Origin: a virus
Taxonomy: Duplodnaviria > Caudoviricetes
IMG/VR virus record: IMGVR_UViG_3300050161_000104
Coordinates: 1 to 38,820 of that record
Reading direction: 5' to 3' (one strand)
DNA length: 38,820 nt
The notes beneath the pieces were generated by a model that saw nothing but the letters and a program-made list of their open reading frames with translations, had not been told where the DNA came from and searched no databases. A program made the translations under genes and the position numbers. Shown piece after piece: positions 28,501 through 37,155 of this stretch (within the stretch, counting starts at the first letter, position 1; every line of letters begins with the position of its first letter).

Positions 28501-28554
28501 GCAGCCGCGCATCCCGCACAGCAAAACCAGAATGGGCAACCACCCGCACGCTAG
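25522..28554 (+). CDS. Large ejection (DNA transfer) protein, P22 gp16-like position
   Basis: 1010 aa, Ala/Gly-rich helical; NPFAKY start, LRQDSGAAI...YFPMPGE motif and Gly-rich hydrophobic stretches. Confidence 0.75.
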   Translation: MPDNPFAKYGQPSAQATPVYSGVNPDDARADASAARADRAAADATAQRVTSNDIASRRLGISERDEARTLNRESQGFDATEGERKSGAFLIRAYGAADTYDRTGVGARSYIGQALENNAPDLQNQFTEWPVGNSPERQVAQSAQNEFIAATLRQDSGAAIPPDELERQRRIYFPMPGEGEEVIEQKRQARARAIAGLEQSAGRLRESSQAEYNALEVAAGRRSRNDVPFPRRDDAPVAGMQTPPGGGSPPGGGTRAPTQREIYANGIQFGMDGSQDRGFDRAQYMRETYGLDGDDEDLIVGFYTANSGNDGLTPEGMRRWYEANGINGPVIGYQAAVDRLKSTAAGTRWRNINTADAEAARNAELDAAIEQRGLNPESQGDAFGAGAVQGSTLGGADELGGVIGRDGAISALLNGGNMVDGYQRERDIQRRMSERATDAHPWATLGGNMVGGLATGGLGMEAGGVRTASGAARIGALEGGITGFNSGEGAGGSLGGAALGAAGGAALGGALQYAGSRAANTLSQRLERRAADRAGISGRANALADAGLAENVTVNRAMVNPQSNNAVTRADASYVGGPTIQREMNAVAGQVEAAVTNNLGRGGRALDDVALGDSVENAALRAIKTTGATARRRYDRAEQLAADARVTPYESANAARDMIRVLSETPSTNKEEIKFLRSIASDLGTDLSVGSLRRMRTQLRKRISRGELTFGEDEARVLGIMDTAAADIRTGLAAQGKHEAARAFDTADRAYSARMEYIGGVLQKVLGKRSANRTAEAMARQVRSMTRNDERGLRQLYASMEPGEALDVSATFAAELGRRGGNGESAFSIPIFNTQTAGMSEGTLRTLFGEGGAQSVKNLRLLGREVDRVMSSMNSRTSKSGVAGNAQQWLFSLLGSAGVGAASSGTGGAFVAGTAGLAAKSGTELLSARALMSPRITKWLLQAPPSSSPAAINQWFGRLRSIAAREPALATDVSAIERTIMSWANDNGATVTNAAAHPAQQNQNGQPPAR

Positions 28555-28599
28555 ACACAAGACAAACCAGAGGGGCCACAAAGCCCGGATAATACGCAT
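28465..28599 (-). CDS. Putative small antisense membrane peptide, 44 aa
   Basis: MRIIRALWPLWFVLCLACGWLPILVLLCGMRGCIGYGRAVVVGP; TG-N-TATAAG just upstream; overlaps the 3' end of the ejection gene. Confidence 0.35.
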   Translation of the reverse strand: MRIIRALWPLWFVLCLACGWLPILVLLCGMRGCIGYGRAVVVGP

Positions 28600-28653
28600 C
28601 CCGCCTTATAACACGCGAGTAACATTGCGGTTGTTATTTTTTGAAAGTTACAC

Positions 28654-30369
28654 ATGGCCGCTGAATTGTTCACCATTTCCCCTCGCGCGACCAACGCGAA
28701 TGCGGCCCCCCTTTCTGGGGCGGTGATATCATTCTACCTTGCGGGGAGCCTCACGTCTGCGCCCGCTTACGCCGACTATGAGTGCACCACCGAACATGGG
28801 GGCACTGTCACGGCGGATAGCGGGGGGCTATTCCCACCGATCTATTTGCCCGCTGATACCAGTTACCGCGCGATACTGAAAACAGCGGGCGGCTCAACTA
28901 TTGAGGACTTGGACCCCGCCAATTCAGCATATCTCTCGGCAATCACGGCGGCACCATCGGTTGAATATTACGTTAGCGCCGATGATGAAATTGGGGATGA
29001 TGGGAACGCTGGCACCGAACTAAGTCCGTTTCGGACCATCCAAAAGGCATATGACAGCCTACCACGCTTTCTTGAGCGGCAATGCGTTATCTGGTTAGAA
29101 CCGGGGGTTCATAGCGGGAACTACCTCGCGGGAAATTCCGACAAGTCGCTAATGCCGCGCAGTGCGGTGCTATTTTGCCGTGGGCATTACACTGGCTCAC
29201 GCACGCAGAACAATTCTGGCACGCTTTCAGGGCCGGTCGTCATCAAGTCTAACGGCGGCACGGCGGCTGATACGTTCATCGAAGTCACAACCGGTTTTGA
29301 TTATGGCATCTATGCCACCGGATCAATTGACATCGCGATTCAGGGCATCACCATCCGAACTGCGGTGGCTTGCGCGGCGTTGCTGGTGGTCCACCGGGGG
29401 GCTTATGTCCACACATCCGACCTGTCATTGCTCGGAAATGGGTATAATGTTGGGTATCTCGCCTATTCTGAAGCGCGAGCGGCGATGCTGGAATATGGCG
29501 GGCTGGCCGGGGTTATCGATGGCGGGACGGCGGGCGTAGCATCGGCGACCAAGGGTATTTCAACCCTCGCAGGCGGAACGGCGGTTATCTCGGGCACCCC
29601 GCTGATCAAGCGATGCGGACAGGCGCTGTATTGCGAGCCGGGGACTTACATGAAGATGCTGCTCAGCCCCTCGGCGCATCACACGTTGGCGGACAACACC
29701 AACACGCTGGCAATTTATGCCGAAATGGGCGCGGTGCTTAATTTGCGCGGGGCTTCCACTACTGCCCGCGTGCTGTTCGACGCGGCGGTGGAAAGCTACG
29801 GCGCGGTCGTCAATTGCACGTTTGTTGATTTTCTCAAGTCACTCACGACCGATGGCGGCGAATGGCGCATGAACACTTGCGGCTATGACTACCAATGGTC
29901 GGTTTACGATACGAAAATCTGGTTGCGCAACTCGAACAGCTACAAGCAGGGTTCGGGCACCAGCCTAAGCACCACAACGCAGCCGATGCGGATCGAACAC
30001 GGCGACAAGCCCTATTTGGAAGGCACCTGCGTTCTTTTGGGCAACTCCAGCGGGAAGCCGCAATTCAAGGTGACGGACTGGATCGCTACCGCAAACGGGC
30101 AGGTTTTTGACCCGGACGCGAACTGCAATATCTATTTCATGCGCGGTGATAGCGCGAGCCGCACGGGCTGCGGAATCTCGGCCGCGAATGGCTGGGAAGG
30201 CCGTGTGATCGAGGTTTTCAACCGAACGACAAATACGGTCACATTGGCCAGCGGTGTGGGGGCGACCGGGTTGAACAATACCAATCTTGAAGTTGGCGCG
30301 CGGAATGCGGCGGGCGTGGTGCGCAAGGCTTCATTCGTTTTCACCAGCGGGACTTGGCACGGGAACTGA
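28654..30369 (+). CDS. Tailspike / receptor-binding protein 1 (virion-attachment domain plus probable beta-helix)
   Basis: N-terminal PLSGAVISFYLAGS...ADSGGLFPPIYL domain; YYVS...GDDGNAGT..SPFRTIQKA pectin-lyase-like start. Confidence 0.75.
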   Translation: MAAELFTISPRATNANAAPLSGAVISFYLAGSLTSAPAYADYECTTEHGGTVTADSGGLFPPIYLPADTSYRAILKTAGGSTIEDLDPANSAYLSAITAAPSVEYYVSADDEIGDDGNAGTELSPFRTIQKAYDSLPRFLERQCVIWLEPGVHSGNYLAGNSDKSLMPRSAVLFCRGHYTGSRTQNNSGTLSGPVVIKSNGGTAADTFIEVTTGFDYGIYATGSIDIAIQGITIRTAVACAALLVVHRGAYVHTSDLSLLGNGYNVGYLAYSEARAAMLEYGGLAGVIDGGTAGVASATKGISTLAGGTAVISGTPLIKRCGQALYCEPGTYMKMLLSPSAHHTLADNTNTLAIYAEMGAVLNLRGASTTARVLFDAAVESYGAVVNCTFVDFLKSLTTDGGEWRMNTCGYDYQWSVYDTKIWLRNSNSYKQGSGTSLSTTTQPMRIEHGDKPYLEGTCVLLGNSSGKPQFKVTDWIATANGQVFDPDANCNIYFMRGDSASRTGCGISAANGWEGRVIEVFNRTTNTVTLASGVGATGLNNTNLEVGARNAAGVVRKASFVFTSGTWHGN

Positions 30370-30370
30370 T

Positions 30371-32911
30371 ATGGCTATTTTCCTACCCGCACAGACCCCG
30401 GCTATAGACGGCAATGGCGTGCCGTTGGCTGGGGCCGTGTGGGAGTTCTATCACGGCAATAGCAGGACGCCCGCCGCAACGGACCGGGGAGAAACTGTGT
30501 CGGCAGATGTCGATGGCGTGTTCCCGGATATTACGCTTGATGCGGATTTCACCTACCGGGCGGTTCTTAGCGATATCGGGGGCAAGATGATCCGCGATAT
30601 TGGCGCGGTCGCCGAAAGCCTGTTCGCGCCTTCGGCAAAGCCCGCAACGGACGATAATGTTGTTCAAGCTGGCGCGGTGTGGAAGTTCTACACGACCGCC
30701 ACCACTACCCCGCAAACAGTGTATTCCGATGATGATCTGGCGACCCCGCTAGGTTGGCGGGTGGAGGCTGACGCTGACGGCAATTTCCCCGCCATTTATC
30801 TCGATGACGGGGTTGCATACCGCGCTGTTTTAGAGGCGGTGGGCGGGGCGCAATTGGGCGTGATCGACCCAGTCACGTTCGACAATATGTGGCTATATCT
30901 CAATCCGAGCGCGGCCATCCCGCCTGCGGAACTTCTCCCCAGTGCCGGATACACCGGCACGGCGGGGAGCGGCTTTGGCGGGGGTTTCGGCGCGGTTCCG
31001 ACCGACCCTACGCGAACGACCGCTAAGCCAGCCATGCGGATGCTGACGCCTACGAACCAGTATTTCACCGACACGATTGTAGTTGGCGTTTTCGCGGCGG
31101 CGAACAATGCCGGTTCGATGTTGAGTAATCTCGGTCTGCAAAAGGTTGTCTGCCATTATGAGGGCGTGGCGCGCGATATCGCATCGCCCACCGTGTATAG
31201 TTTCAACGATGTAAACGGCGTGGCGCGCTCCTATCTGGGTTGGTGGGTCACGCTCAAAAAGCCGACTGGGATCACTGGCCACGCGCGCGTTTATTTCGAG
31301 GCGGTTCCGCTTGATCCAGCGATGCAGCGCCGGGTGATCGGCCCTTGCCAATTCAGCCCGCAGGCGGCGGTGAATGATATTGCGCTGGCGATTACGCCAT
31401 CGTTGGCCGCTGTGACGGGGGTTCGTTATCAGACGATCCTCGCGGCGATGGATTATTGCCGCACGCAGTCAAAGCAAAGTCCGCTGATCACGATCACCGA
31501 AGCCGGGCTGTATGATGTGGGCAACATGAGTTTCACCTATCAGCCCAACAGCTACTTCACGATACAGGCCAGCGTGCCCGTGACGATTGGCAAGGCGAGT
31601 TATACGACCGATGCAGCGATGGCATTTCGCCCAGCGTGGGACGGCGTCCATTTGCGCGGCTCTAACATCACGCTCAACCTGACACAATCGACCGGCTTCT
31701 ACCATGAGGCGGGCGATGAGTTTACCACCACCACGCCGGTTCGGCATTGGTTCGACGGGATCACCATTCTGGACAGCGCCCCAGATGCACTGATCAGGAA
31801 GGCGGCAAAGCCGAATATCTACACCGCGCGCAATTACCCGTGGTTCACCGAATGCACGATCAACGGCGCGCGCAATGGCGGTGTGCGGGCGATGCTGCAC
31901 AGGGGCACGGCCATGGCCAACGGCACGGGCGACGCCATGTCGGATTCTGCCTGCATCGTGGGCGGTTCGGTTTCGAACTGGGATAGCGCGCCAGCTCGCA
32001 CGAACATCAACGCCATGACCGTGCAATACACCGGCGGCGGGGCGACGGCGACGCTTTCGCTTGCGGGCGGCAACAGCGCGAGCAGCCGGGTCATGACGGC
32101 CAAGGTCGGCGGTTCGACTGTTGGAACCAAGACATTGCTGGCGAGCGAGGCGGCATTTATCGCCAGCACCGATTACGAAGTCTCGGACGTGGTGACATGG
32201 CTCAACACCTTGTCGGGCTGGAGCGCGACACTGCTTGACGACACACGGCAGGCGGTATGTCTTGGCGCGCCGGGCCTGCCGGGATCGTGGACCGATGTTA
32301 ACGTGAAAACGGCGGCGGTCACTTTCTATACGTGGATCGATGACCACTGCGATGTTTACCAGTCCTACGTGAACAGCGAAAATGTGATTTGCGCGGGGCT
32401 GACCACTTTCGGCAATGATACGCAGAATATATTCCTCTACGAAACCAACCACCGGGACATGCTGTTCCTGAATTGCGCGATGGACAACCAGACCGGGGGC
32501 GTGCTGCAAAGCCAGTTGGGCGGCACGCATAGCCATGTGGTGGTGGCACATTGCAGCTTTGGCCAGCAGACCTTGAGCCTGCGGACAGACGGCGCGGGGG
32601 CGTATAAATACAACCCGGATGCCTATTGCCTTGTTGCCAACAATGCTGGCCCGGCTTTGGTGTGGTCAAGCACGCCGGACACCGATTTGACGATCAAGGG
32701 CAACCATCTTTTCACCGGCGCAAGCACGCCGTCCGGTTCGACAGGCACAACGATCGGCGGGACAAAAGCGACGCTGTTTGCCGATGCTGGCGCGGGCAAT
32801 TTCACGCCTGCGGGGGCATTGTTGACCAATTTGAAAACGCCGGTAGTGTCGCGCGATATGGCGGGCACGGTGCGCGGCACAACTGATGCGGCAGGAGTTA
32901 AGGCGATATGA
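30371..32911 (+). CDS. Tailspike / receptor-binding protein 2 with duplicated N-terminal attachment domain
   Basis: Two tandem GAVWxFY...AD.DG.FP.I.L...YRAVL...GG repeats, then a long beta-rich (beta-helix-like) body; start re-called at 30371. Confidence 0.75.
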   Translation: MAIFLPAQTPAIDGNGVPLAGAVWEFYHGNSRTPAATDRGETVSADVDGVFPDITLDADFTYRAVLSDIGGKMIRDIGAVAESLFAPSAKPATDDNVVQAGAVWKFYTTATTTPQTVYSDDDLATPLGWRVEADADGNFPAIYLDDGVAYRAVLEAVGGAQLGVIDPVTFDNMWLYLNPSAAIPPAELLPSAGYTGTAGSGFGGGFGAVPTDPTRTTAKPAMRMLTPTNQYFTDTIVVGVFAAANNAGSMLSNLGLQKVVCHYEGVARDIASPTVYSFNDVNGVARSYLGWWVTLKKPTGITGHARVYFEAVPLDPAMQRRVIGPCQFSPQAAVNDIALAITPSLAAVTGVRYQTILAAMDYCRTQSKQSPLITITEAGLYDVGNMSFTYQPNSYFTIQASVPVTIGKASYTTDAAMAFRPAWDGVHLRGSNITLNLTQSTGFYHEAGDEFTTTTPVRHWFDGITILDSAPDALIRKAAKPNIYTARNYPWFTECTINGARNGGVRAMLHRGTAMANGTGDAMSDSACIVGGSVSNWDSAPARTNINAMTVQYTGGGATATLSLAGGNSASSRVMTAKVGGSTVGTKTLLASEAAFIASTDYEVSDVVTWLNTLSGWSATLLDDTRQAVCLGAPGLPGSWTDVNVKTAAVTFYTWIDDHCDVYQSYVNSENVICAGLTTFGNDTQNIFLYETNHRDMLFLNCAMDNQTGGVLQSQLGGTHSHVVVAHCSFGQQTLSLRTDGAGAYKYNPDAYCLVANNAGPALVWSSTPDTDLTIKGNHLFTGASTPSGSTGTTIGGTKATLFADAGAGNFTPAGALLTNLKTPVVSRDMAGTVRGTTDAAGVKAI

Positions 32912-35733
32912 TTGGACTTGGCTTAGTGCTTGGTTTTTCGCGCGGTCCATCCGGCCCCGCTGTGCCCACTATTCAGATATCCGCGTCGAGTGTGGCCGAT
33001 AGCGCCAGCAATGGTTCTAGTGTGGGGACGCTGACCGTCTCGAACGGGACCGGCACCTACACTTTCACCGAGATTGCCACGCTCAATTCCAGCTTTGCAG
33101 TGGCGAGCGGCGGGGCCGTCACTACCACGGGCACGCTGACAGCGGGCACTTCCACCTTGAATGTGCAGGCGACCAATGGCGTCGATACGCCGATTACGCG
33201 CGCGTTTCCCATGACTGTGACGGCAGCGGACACGACCGCGCCCACCCTGTCTGCCCCGACCGATACGCAGACCGGCGCGACAACCGCCACGCTGACTGTG
33301 GACACGAACGAGGGTAATGGCACGCTGTATTGGTATATCTCGACCAGTGCGGTTGCCCCGACGGCGGCGAACCTCAAGGCGGGCACTGGCGCGGTTGCAA
33401 GCGGCACACAGGCCGTTTCCAGCACTGGCACAAAAACCGTCAATGCAACCGGGCTGACGGCCTCCACGGCCTACTACAGCTACTTCCTGCACCGCGATGC
33501 TGCGGGCAATGACAGCACCATTGCCAGTGCGGATGGGTTCACGACCGCCGCTGCGGCATCCGCGTTCGTGGCACAGATGGATGCAACCGGGCAATCGAAT
33601 GAGCAGGGCGGCGGCAGCGGCGATAGCGTCACGGGTTATGGATATGGTCCGGGCAACAGCGGCGGGCACACGCCCATGCGGACGATGGTTGGCACCGGCT
33701 CCGATACCTACGGGGCCACCACATACGCCTTTGAGCAACTGGCCTATATCAACACCGGGCAGACCATCGGCGGCGTGCTGGGGCCGCGCGGCGAACGCAA
33801 GATTACCACGGCCGGGGCCTTCATCGGAACCGGCGGTGTTTCTGCGCTGTATGGCATTGCGGAAACGGTAAAGGCGGGGAATTATCTCGCAGGCGCGCAA
33901 GAGGCGATCTATTTCGGGGCGGCTTTTGCCGGCCAGCTTGTCACCGACCAAATGGTCGCCTTCGCTGGCACACGCTGGCAGGGCTGGCGCAACGCAATGA
34001 AGTTCGGGGTGCGTCCTTATTACAAGTCGATGGCCGATGCAGGTATCCCGATTTATCGCCAGTTCCACGGCTATTCGCAGATCGAAGCGGAAATATCTGC
34101 CGGGCAGAATGTGGTTGCTGCCGGGTTGCCTCCATCAACCACCTACTACGCATATTACCTGCACCGTTCTACGGGCGGCACAGACAGTGCGGTCGCTTCG
34201 GCGGGGGACTTCACGACTTCGGCGGCAAGCACTTCCATCGTTTTCCCAACAATCACCGCCGAATTGAGCGGCACGATCTATTGGTATGTCAGCACCAGTG
34301 CGACGCCGCCGCTCGCCACTGTTCTGAAAATGGGCACCGGCGCTAATTCGTTCGGCAACAAGAACCTGTTTTCGGATGCGCTGGACCTGCTCGCATGGCC
34401 TGCCCGGTTCCACGCGAACCGGCTGCACCGAGCATCGAAGTTCGGCCACACCGCCTACATGCCCCTGACACAGCCGATCCCCGTGCTCACCTCAAGCGGC
34501 GGGCCTGCCGAAGCCTACACCTATTACGGCATCAACACGATCATGCCGCAGGTTGCCCGTTGGCGGGTGACGGTGAACGACCTTGACGGGAACCTTGGGA
34601 CTTGGGAGGATTTGGCGGGCCAAGGTTCCGATCAGTATCGCCATGACGGCACGGTGATCCTCAAGCACAACTTCGCCAATGCCTCGTTCGATGGCGTCCA
34701 CTTCCTCATGACGCAGCACCTTGCGCTGGGTAAGGCGAGGATCAATGCGGTCAAGGCGCTGACGAGCACCACGCAATATCACACGCAGCACCCGATTACC
34801 CGCTGCGCTCCGGTGTTCCTCGATACGCCCACGGCGGGCACTACCACGGGCACAACCGCGCCCATCACCGTCCGCTGTGATGAGGCAGCGACAATTAACG
34901 TGCTGGCGGTAGCGGCCAATTCTACGGCTCCAAGCATGGCGGCTGTAAGGGCCGGGCTGCAATTGGCTCACAACAGCGTCAATGCGCAGGGTGATCCGCA
35001 ATCACAGGTGCTGACTGTCACCGGACTGACCGCTGGGACCACCTATGACCTCTACCTGTTGCCGGAGGACCCGGACGGATACGGTCATTATGGCCACTCA
35101 ATGAGCGTAATCGAAGATGTGGCGACGCTGGCAGATACGGTTCCTGCGCAATTCAACACCACGTTCAAGGTGGCCACGGGCGGCGCGAACAGCGTCACCT
35201 ATTCCAACAATGACCGCACGGTTGTCCGCTCTGGCGGGTCGCCCACGGGCAACGTCGCGTTCAAGGCTGTGGGCGAAAAGACCTCCGGGCTGTGGCATTC
35301 TGCTGTCAAGTTCTTGGGCACGAACCCATCGCAATGGGGGTTGTTCGTGGCGACACTGACCAATGCCGGGGCATCATCCACCCCGCGCATTTCGGTGGCC
35401 TCGTCCGGTATCAAATACCACAACGGAACGACCGACACGACGCTGGTTTCAGCGGCAACACTTGGCACAATCCCGGCGGGGACGATCCTGCAAATCTGTG
35501 AGGACCACACGGCTAAACAGGCGTGGTTTGCCAAGAACGGCACATGGTATCCTAATTCACCTTCCGGCGGCGCGGGCTTTGATATGGCCGCTGTGGTTGA
35601 TGCCAGCGGCGGCACGCTTCTCGCGGGGATCGTGGGCGCAACCGATGGAGCGGGGTTCCAGCTTCTCACTACGGCGGATACGGCAGATTACCCAACGCCG
35701 CCTAGTGGTTTTGCGGCAAGGACGACGGCGTGA
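32908..35733 (+). CDS. Multidomain head fibre: Rcc01080-like N-terminus, cadherin-like and FN3-like domains, SGNH-type esterase, C-terminal lectin/SPRY-like domain
   Basis: MIGLGLVLG start; ISASSVADSASNGSSVGTL; GLTASTAY and GLTAGTTYDLY; GQSN and DGVH motifs. Confidence 0.65.
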   Translation: MIGLGLVLGFSRGPSGPAVPTIQISASSVADSASNGSSVGTLTVSNGTGTYTFTEIATLNSSFAVASGGAVTTTGTLTAGTSTLNVQATNGVDTPITRAFPMTVTAADTTAPTLSAPTDTQTGATTATLTVDTNEGNGTLYWYISTSAVAPTAANLKAGTGAVASGTQAVSSTGTKTVNATGLTASTAYYSYFLHRDAAGNDSTIASADGFTTAAAASAFVAQMDATGQSNEQGGGSGDSVTGYGYGPGNSGGHTPMRTMVGTGSDTYGATTYAFEQLAYINTGQTIGGVLGPRGERKITTAGAFIGTGGVSALYGIAETVKAGNYLAGAQEAIYFGAAFAGQLVTDQMVAFAGTRWQGWRNAMKFGVRPYYKSMADAGIPIYRQFHGYSQIEAEISAGQNVVAAGLPPSTTYYAYYLHRSTGGTDSAVASAGDFTTSAASTSIVFPTITAELSGTIYWYVSTSATPPLATVLKMGTGANSFGNKNLFSDALDLLAWPARFHANRLHRASKFGHTAYMPLTQPIPVLTSSGGPAEAYTYYGINTIMPQVARWRVTVNDLDGNLGTWEDLAGQGSDQYRHDGTVILKHNFANASFDGVHFLMTQHLALGKARINAVKALTSTTQYHTQHPITRCAPVFLDTPTAGTTTGTTAPITVRCDEAATINVLAVAANSTAPSMAAVRAGLQLAHNSVNAQGDPQSQVLTVTGLTAGTTYDLYLLPEDPDGYGHYGHSMSVIEDVATLADTVPAQFNTTFKVATGGANSVTYSNNDRTVVRSGGSPTGNVAFKAVGEKTSGLWHSAVKFLGTNPSQWGLFVATLTNAGASSTPRISVASSGIKYHNGTTDTTLVSAATLGTIPAGTILQICEDHTAKQAWFAKNGTWYPNSPSGGAGFDMAAVVDASGGTLLAGIVGATDGAGFQLLTTADTADYPTPPSGFAARTTA

Positions 35734-35797
35734 CCTTAGGGTTGTTTTTCGTGACGAAACTGGCACTACAACCGTCAACCACCTAGGAGCATTTAAC

Positions 35798-35875
35798 ATG
35801 GCACGCACGCCCTCGCCTTCTCCATCGCCAACACCGACCCCCACGCCGCCTGCTCCGCCGCCATCCGGTGGCTGA
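35798..35875 (+). CDS. 25-aa proline-rich peptide MARTPSPSPSPTPTPTPPAPPPSGG
   Basis: AGGAG RBS 8 nt before ATG 35798; stop overlaps the next gene start region. Confidence 0.55.
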   Translation: MARTPSPSPSPTPTPTPPAPPPSGG

Positions 35876-36284
35876 CATGCTGCTTGAGGTAGCGTTCTGG
35901 GCATCGGTCGCTTGTGCCGTTGCCGGTAGCTATTACGGCGACCGTGCGGGCACGGCGCTTATGTGCAGCGCATTGTTTGCCGGGGCGATCACTACGCTAG
36001 GGGCCGACTTCGCGCTCTGGGCGTGGGCGGGCATCGATATTGTCACGGCGTTGGTGATCATCCGCAAGGGTATGCCGCGCCGTGATATCCTGATTGTGGC
36101 GATGTTCCTGCCCGGATGGGCGTTTTATCTCTTGCCCGATCCGTGGCGTTTCTGGGGTTCGTCCGTGGTGGTGATCGCGCAGATGATGCTTGTTTTCCCG
36201 GTTGCTCAGGTGAAGGCTTTGCATGGCCGCATTCCTCCATTGCCCGATGTTTTCGGCGATATGTTCAAGAAAGATATGCCATGA
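35868..36284 (+). CDS. Multi-pass membrane protein
   Basis: About five hydrophobic segments; start at GTG 35868 or ATG 35877. Confidence 0.7.
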   Translation: MADMLLEVAFWASVACAVAGSYYGDRAGTALMCSALFAGAITTLGADFALWAWAGIDIVTALVIIRKGMPRRDILIVAMFLPGWAFYLLPDPWRFWGSSVVVIAQMMLVFPVAQVKALHGRIPPLPDVFGDMFKKDMP

Positions 36285-36622
36285 TTGAGGCGGGGGACGC
36301 ACTGAATATCGCGGGCGGCGTTTTTAGTGGCGGCACGGCGATCATGTTGCTGCGTTGGGCGGTAAATCTGTTTTTCGTGCGGCTCGATAAGCGAGAGGAC
36401 AAGCTGGACCTGAAAGGTGACAAGCTGCTTGATGCTCTTGTTGCGCGGGTTGAAGCCCTGACGGCCAGCGAAAAGGAACTTGGCGACCGGCTGACAGCAA
36501 CCGAAAAGGCGCTGCACGATTGCCTTATGAAGCACATCGAAAGCGAACGCGCCGTTGCCGATCTGCAAGCGAAAGTCGAACAACTATCCGCCCTGCCCAC
36601 GAACGAAAGGGAATTGCCATGA
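36281..36622 (+). CDS. Holin-like or lysis-associated protein (one TM plus coiled coil)
   Basis: Start re-called at ATG 36281 (ATGA overlap); directly upstream of the endolysin. Confidence 0.55.
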   Translation: MIEAGDALNIAGGVFSGGTAIMLLRWAVNLFFVRLDKREDKLDLKGDKLLDALVARVEALTASEKELGDRLTATEKALHDCLMKHIESERAVADLQAKVEQLSALPTNERELP

Positions 36623-37155
36623 CGATCAAGGCTGAAAATCAGGCGATGAATGAGGCGATTGCTCTACCCACCAGCACAAGCGCGAAGGGGATCGAATTAA
36701 TCCATTCATTCGAGGGTTACGCGGCAAAGTTGCCGAACGGCGATTGCAAGGCATATCCTGATCCAGCGACAGGCGGGAAGCCCTTCACAATTGGTTGGGG
36801 CACTACGACAGACGAACAGGGCAAACCGCTCGCACCGGGCGCAGTATGGACGCGGGATCGTGCCGACGCGCGGTTTAAGCAGCACCTACGCCAGTTCGAG
36901 GAATCTGTTATCCGCGCGCTTGGCCCTGCGATTTATTCCACCACGCAAAGCCAATTTGATGCGTTCGTTAGTTTTGCCTATAATCTCGGCCCCGCCAACC
37001 TCGCCAAATCCACGCTACTGAAAAAGCACAAGGCGGGTGACTACAACGGCGCGGCGGCTCAATTCGCGGCGTGGAATAAGGCGGCGGGCCGCGTGATGGC
37101 GGGGCTGACTCGGCGGCGTGATGCTGAGGCGGCGCTCTATAGGGGGGTGCTATGA
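36619..37155 (+). CDS. Endolysin, GH24 phage lysozyme
   Basis: IHSFEG, AYPDP...TIGWG.T, QFDAFVSFAYNLG, STLLKK, GLTRRRDAEAALY. Confidence 0.93.
   Translation: MTIKAENQAMNEAIALPTSTSAKGIELIHSFEGYAAKLPNGDCKAYPDPATGGKPFTIGWGTTTDEQGKPLAPGAVWTRDRADARFKQHLRQFEESVIRALGPAIYSTTQSQFDAFVSFAYNLGPANLAKSTLLKKHKAGDYNGAAAQFAAWNKAAGRVMAGLTRRRDAEAALYRGVL

Noticed and set aside
31469-34068. Long minus-strand ORFs (360 and 381 aa) opposite the tailspike and fibre genes
   Set aside because: Typical antisense open frames in GC-rich coding DNA; no motifs or RBS support.
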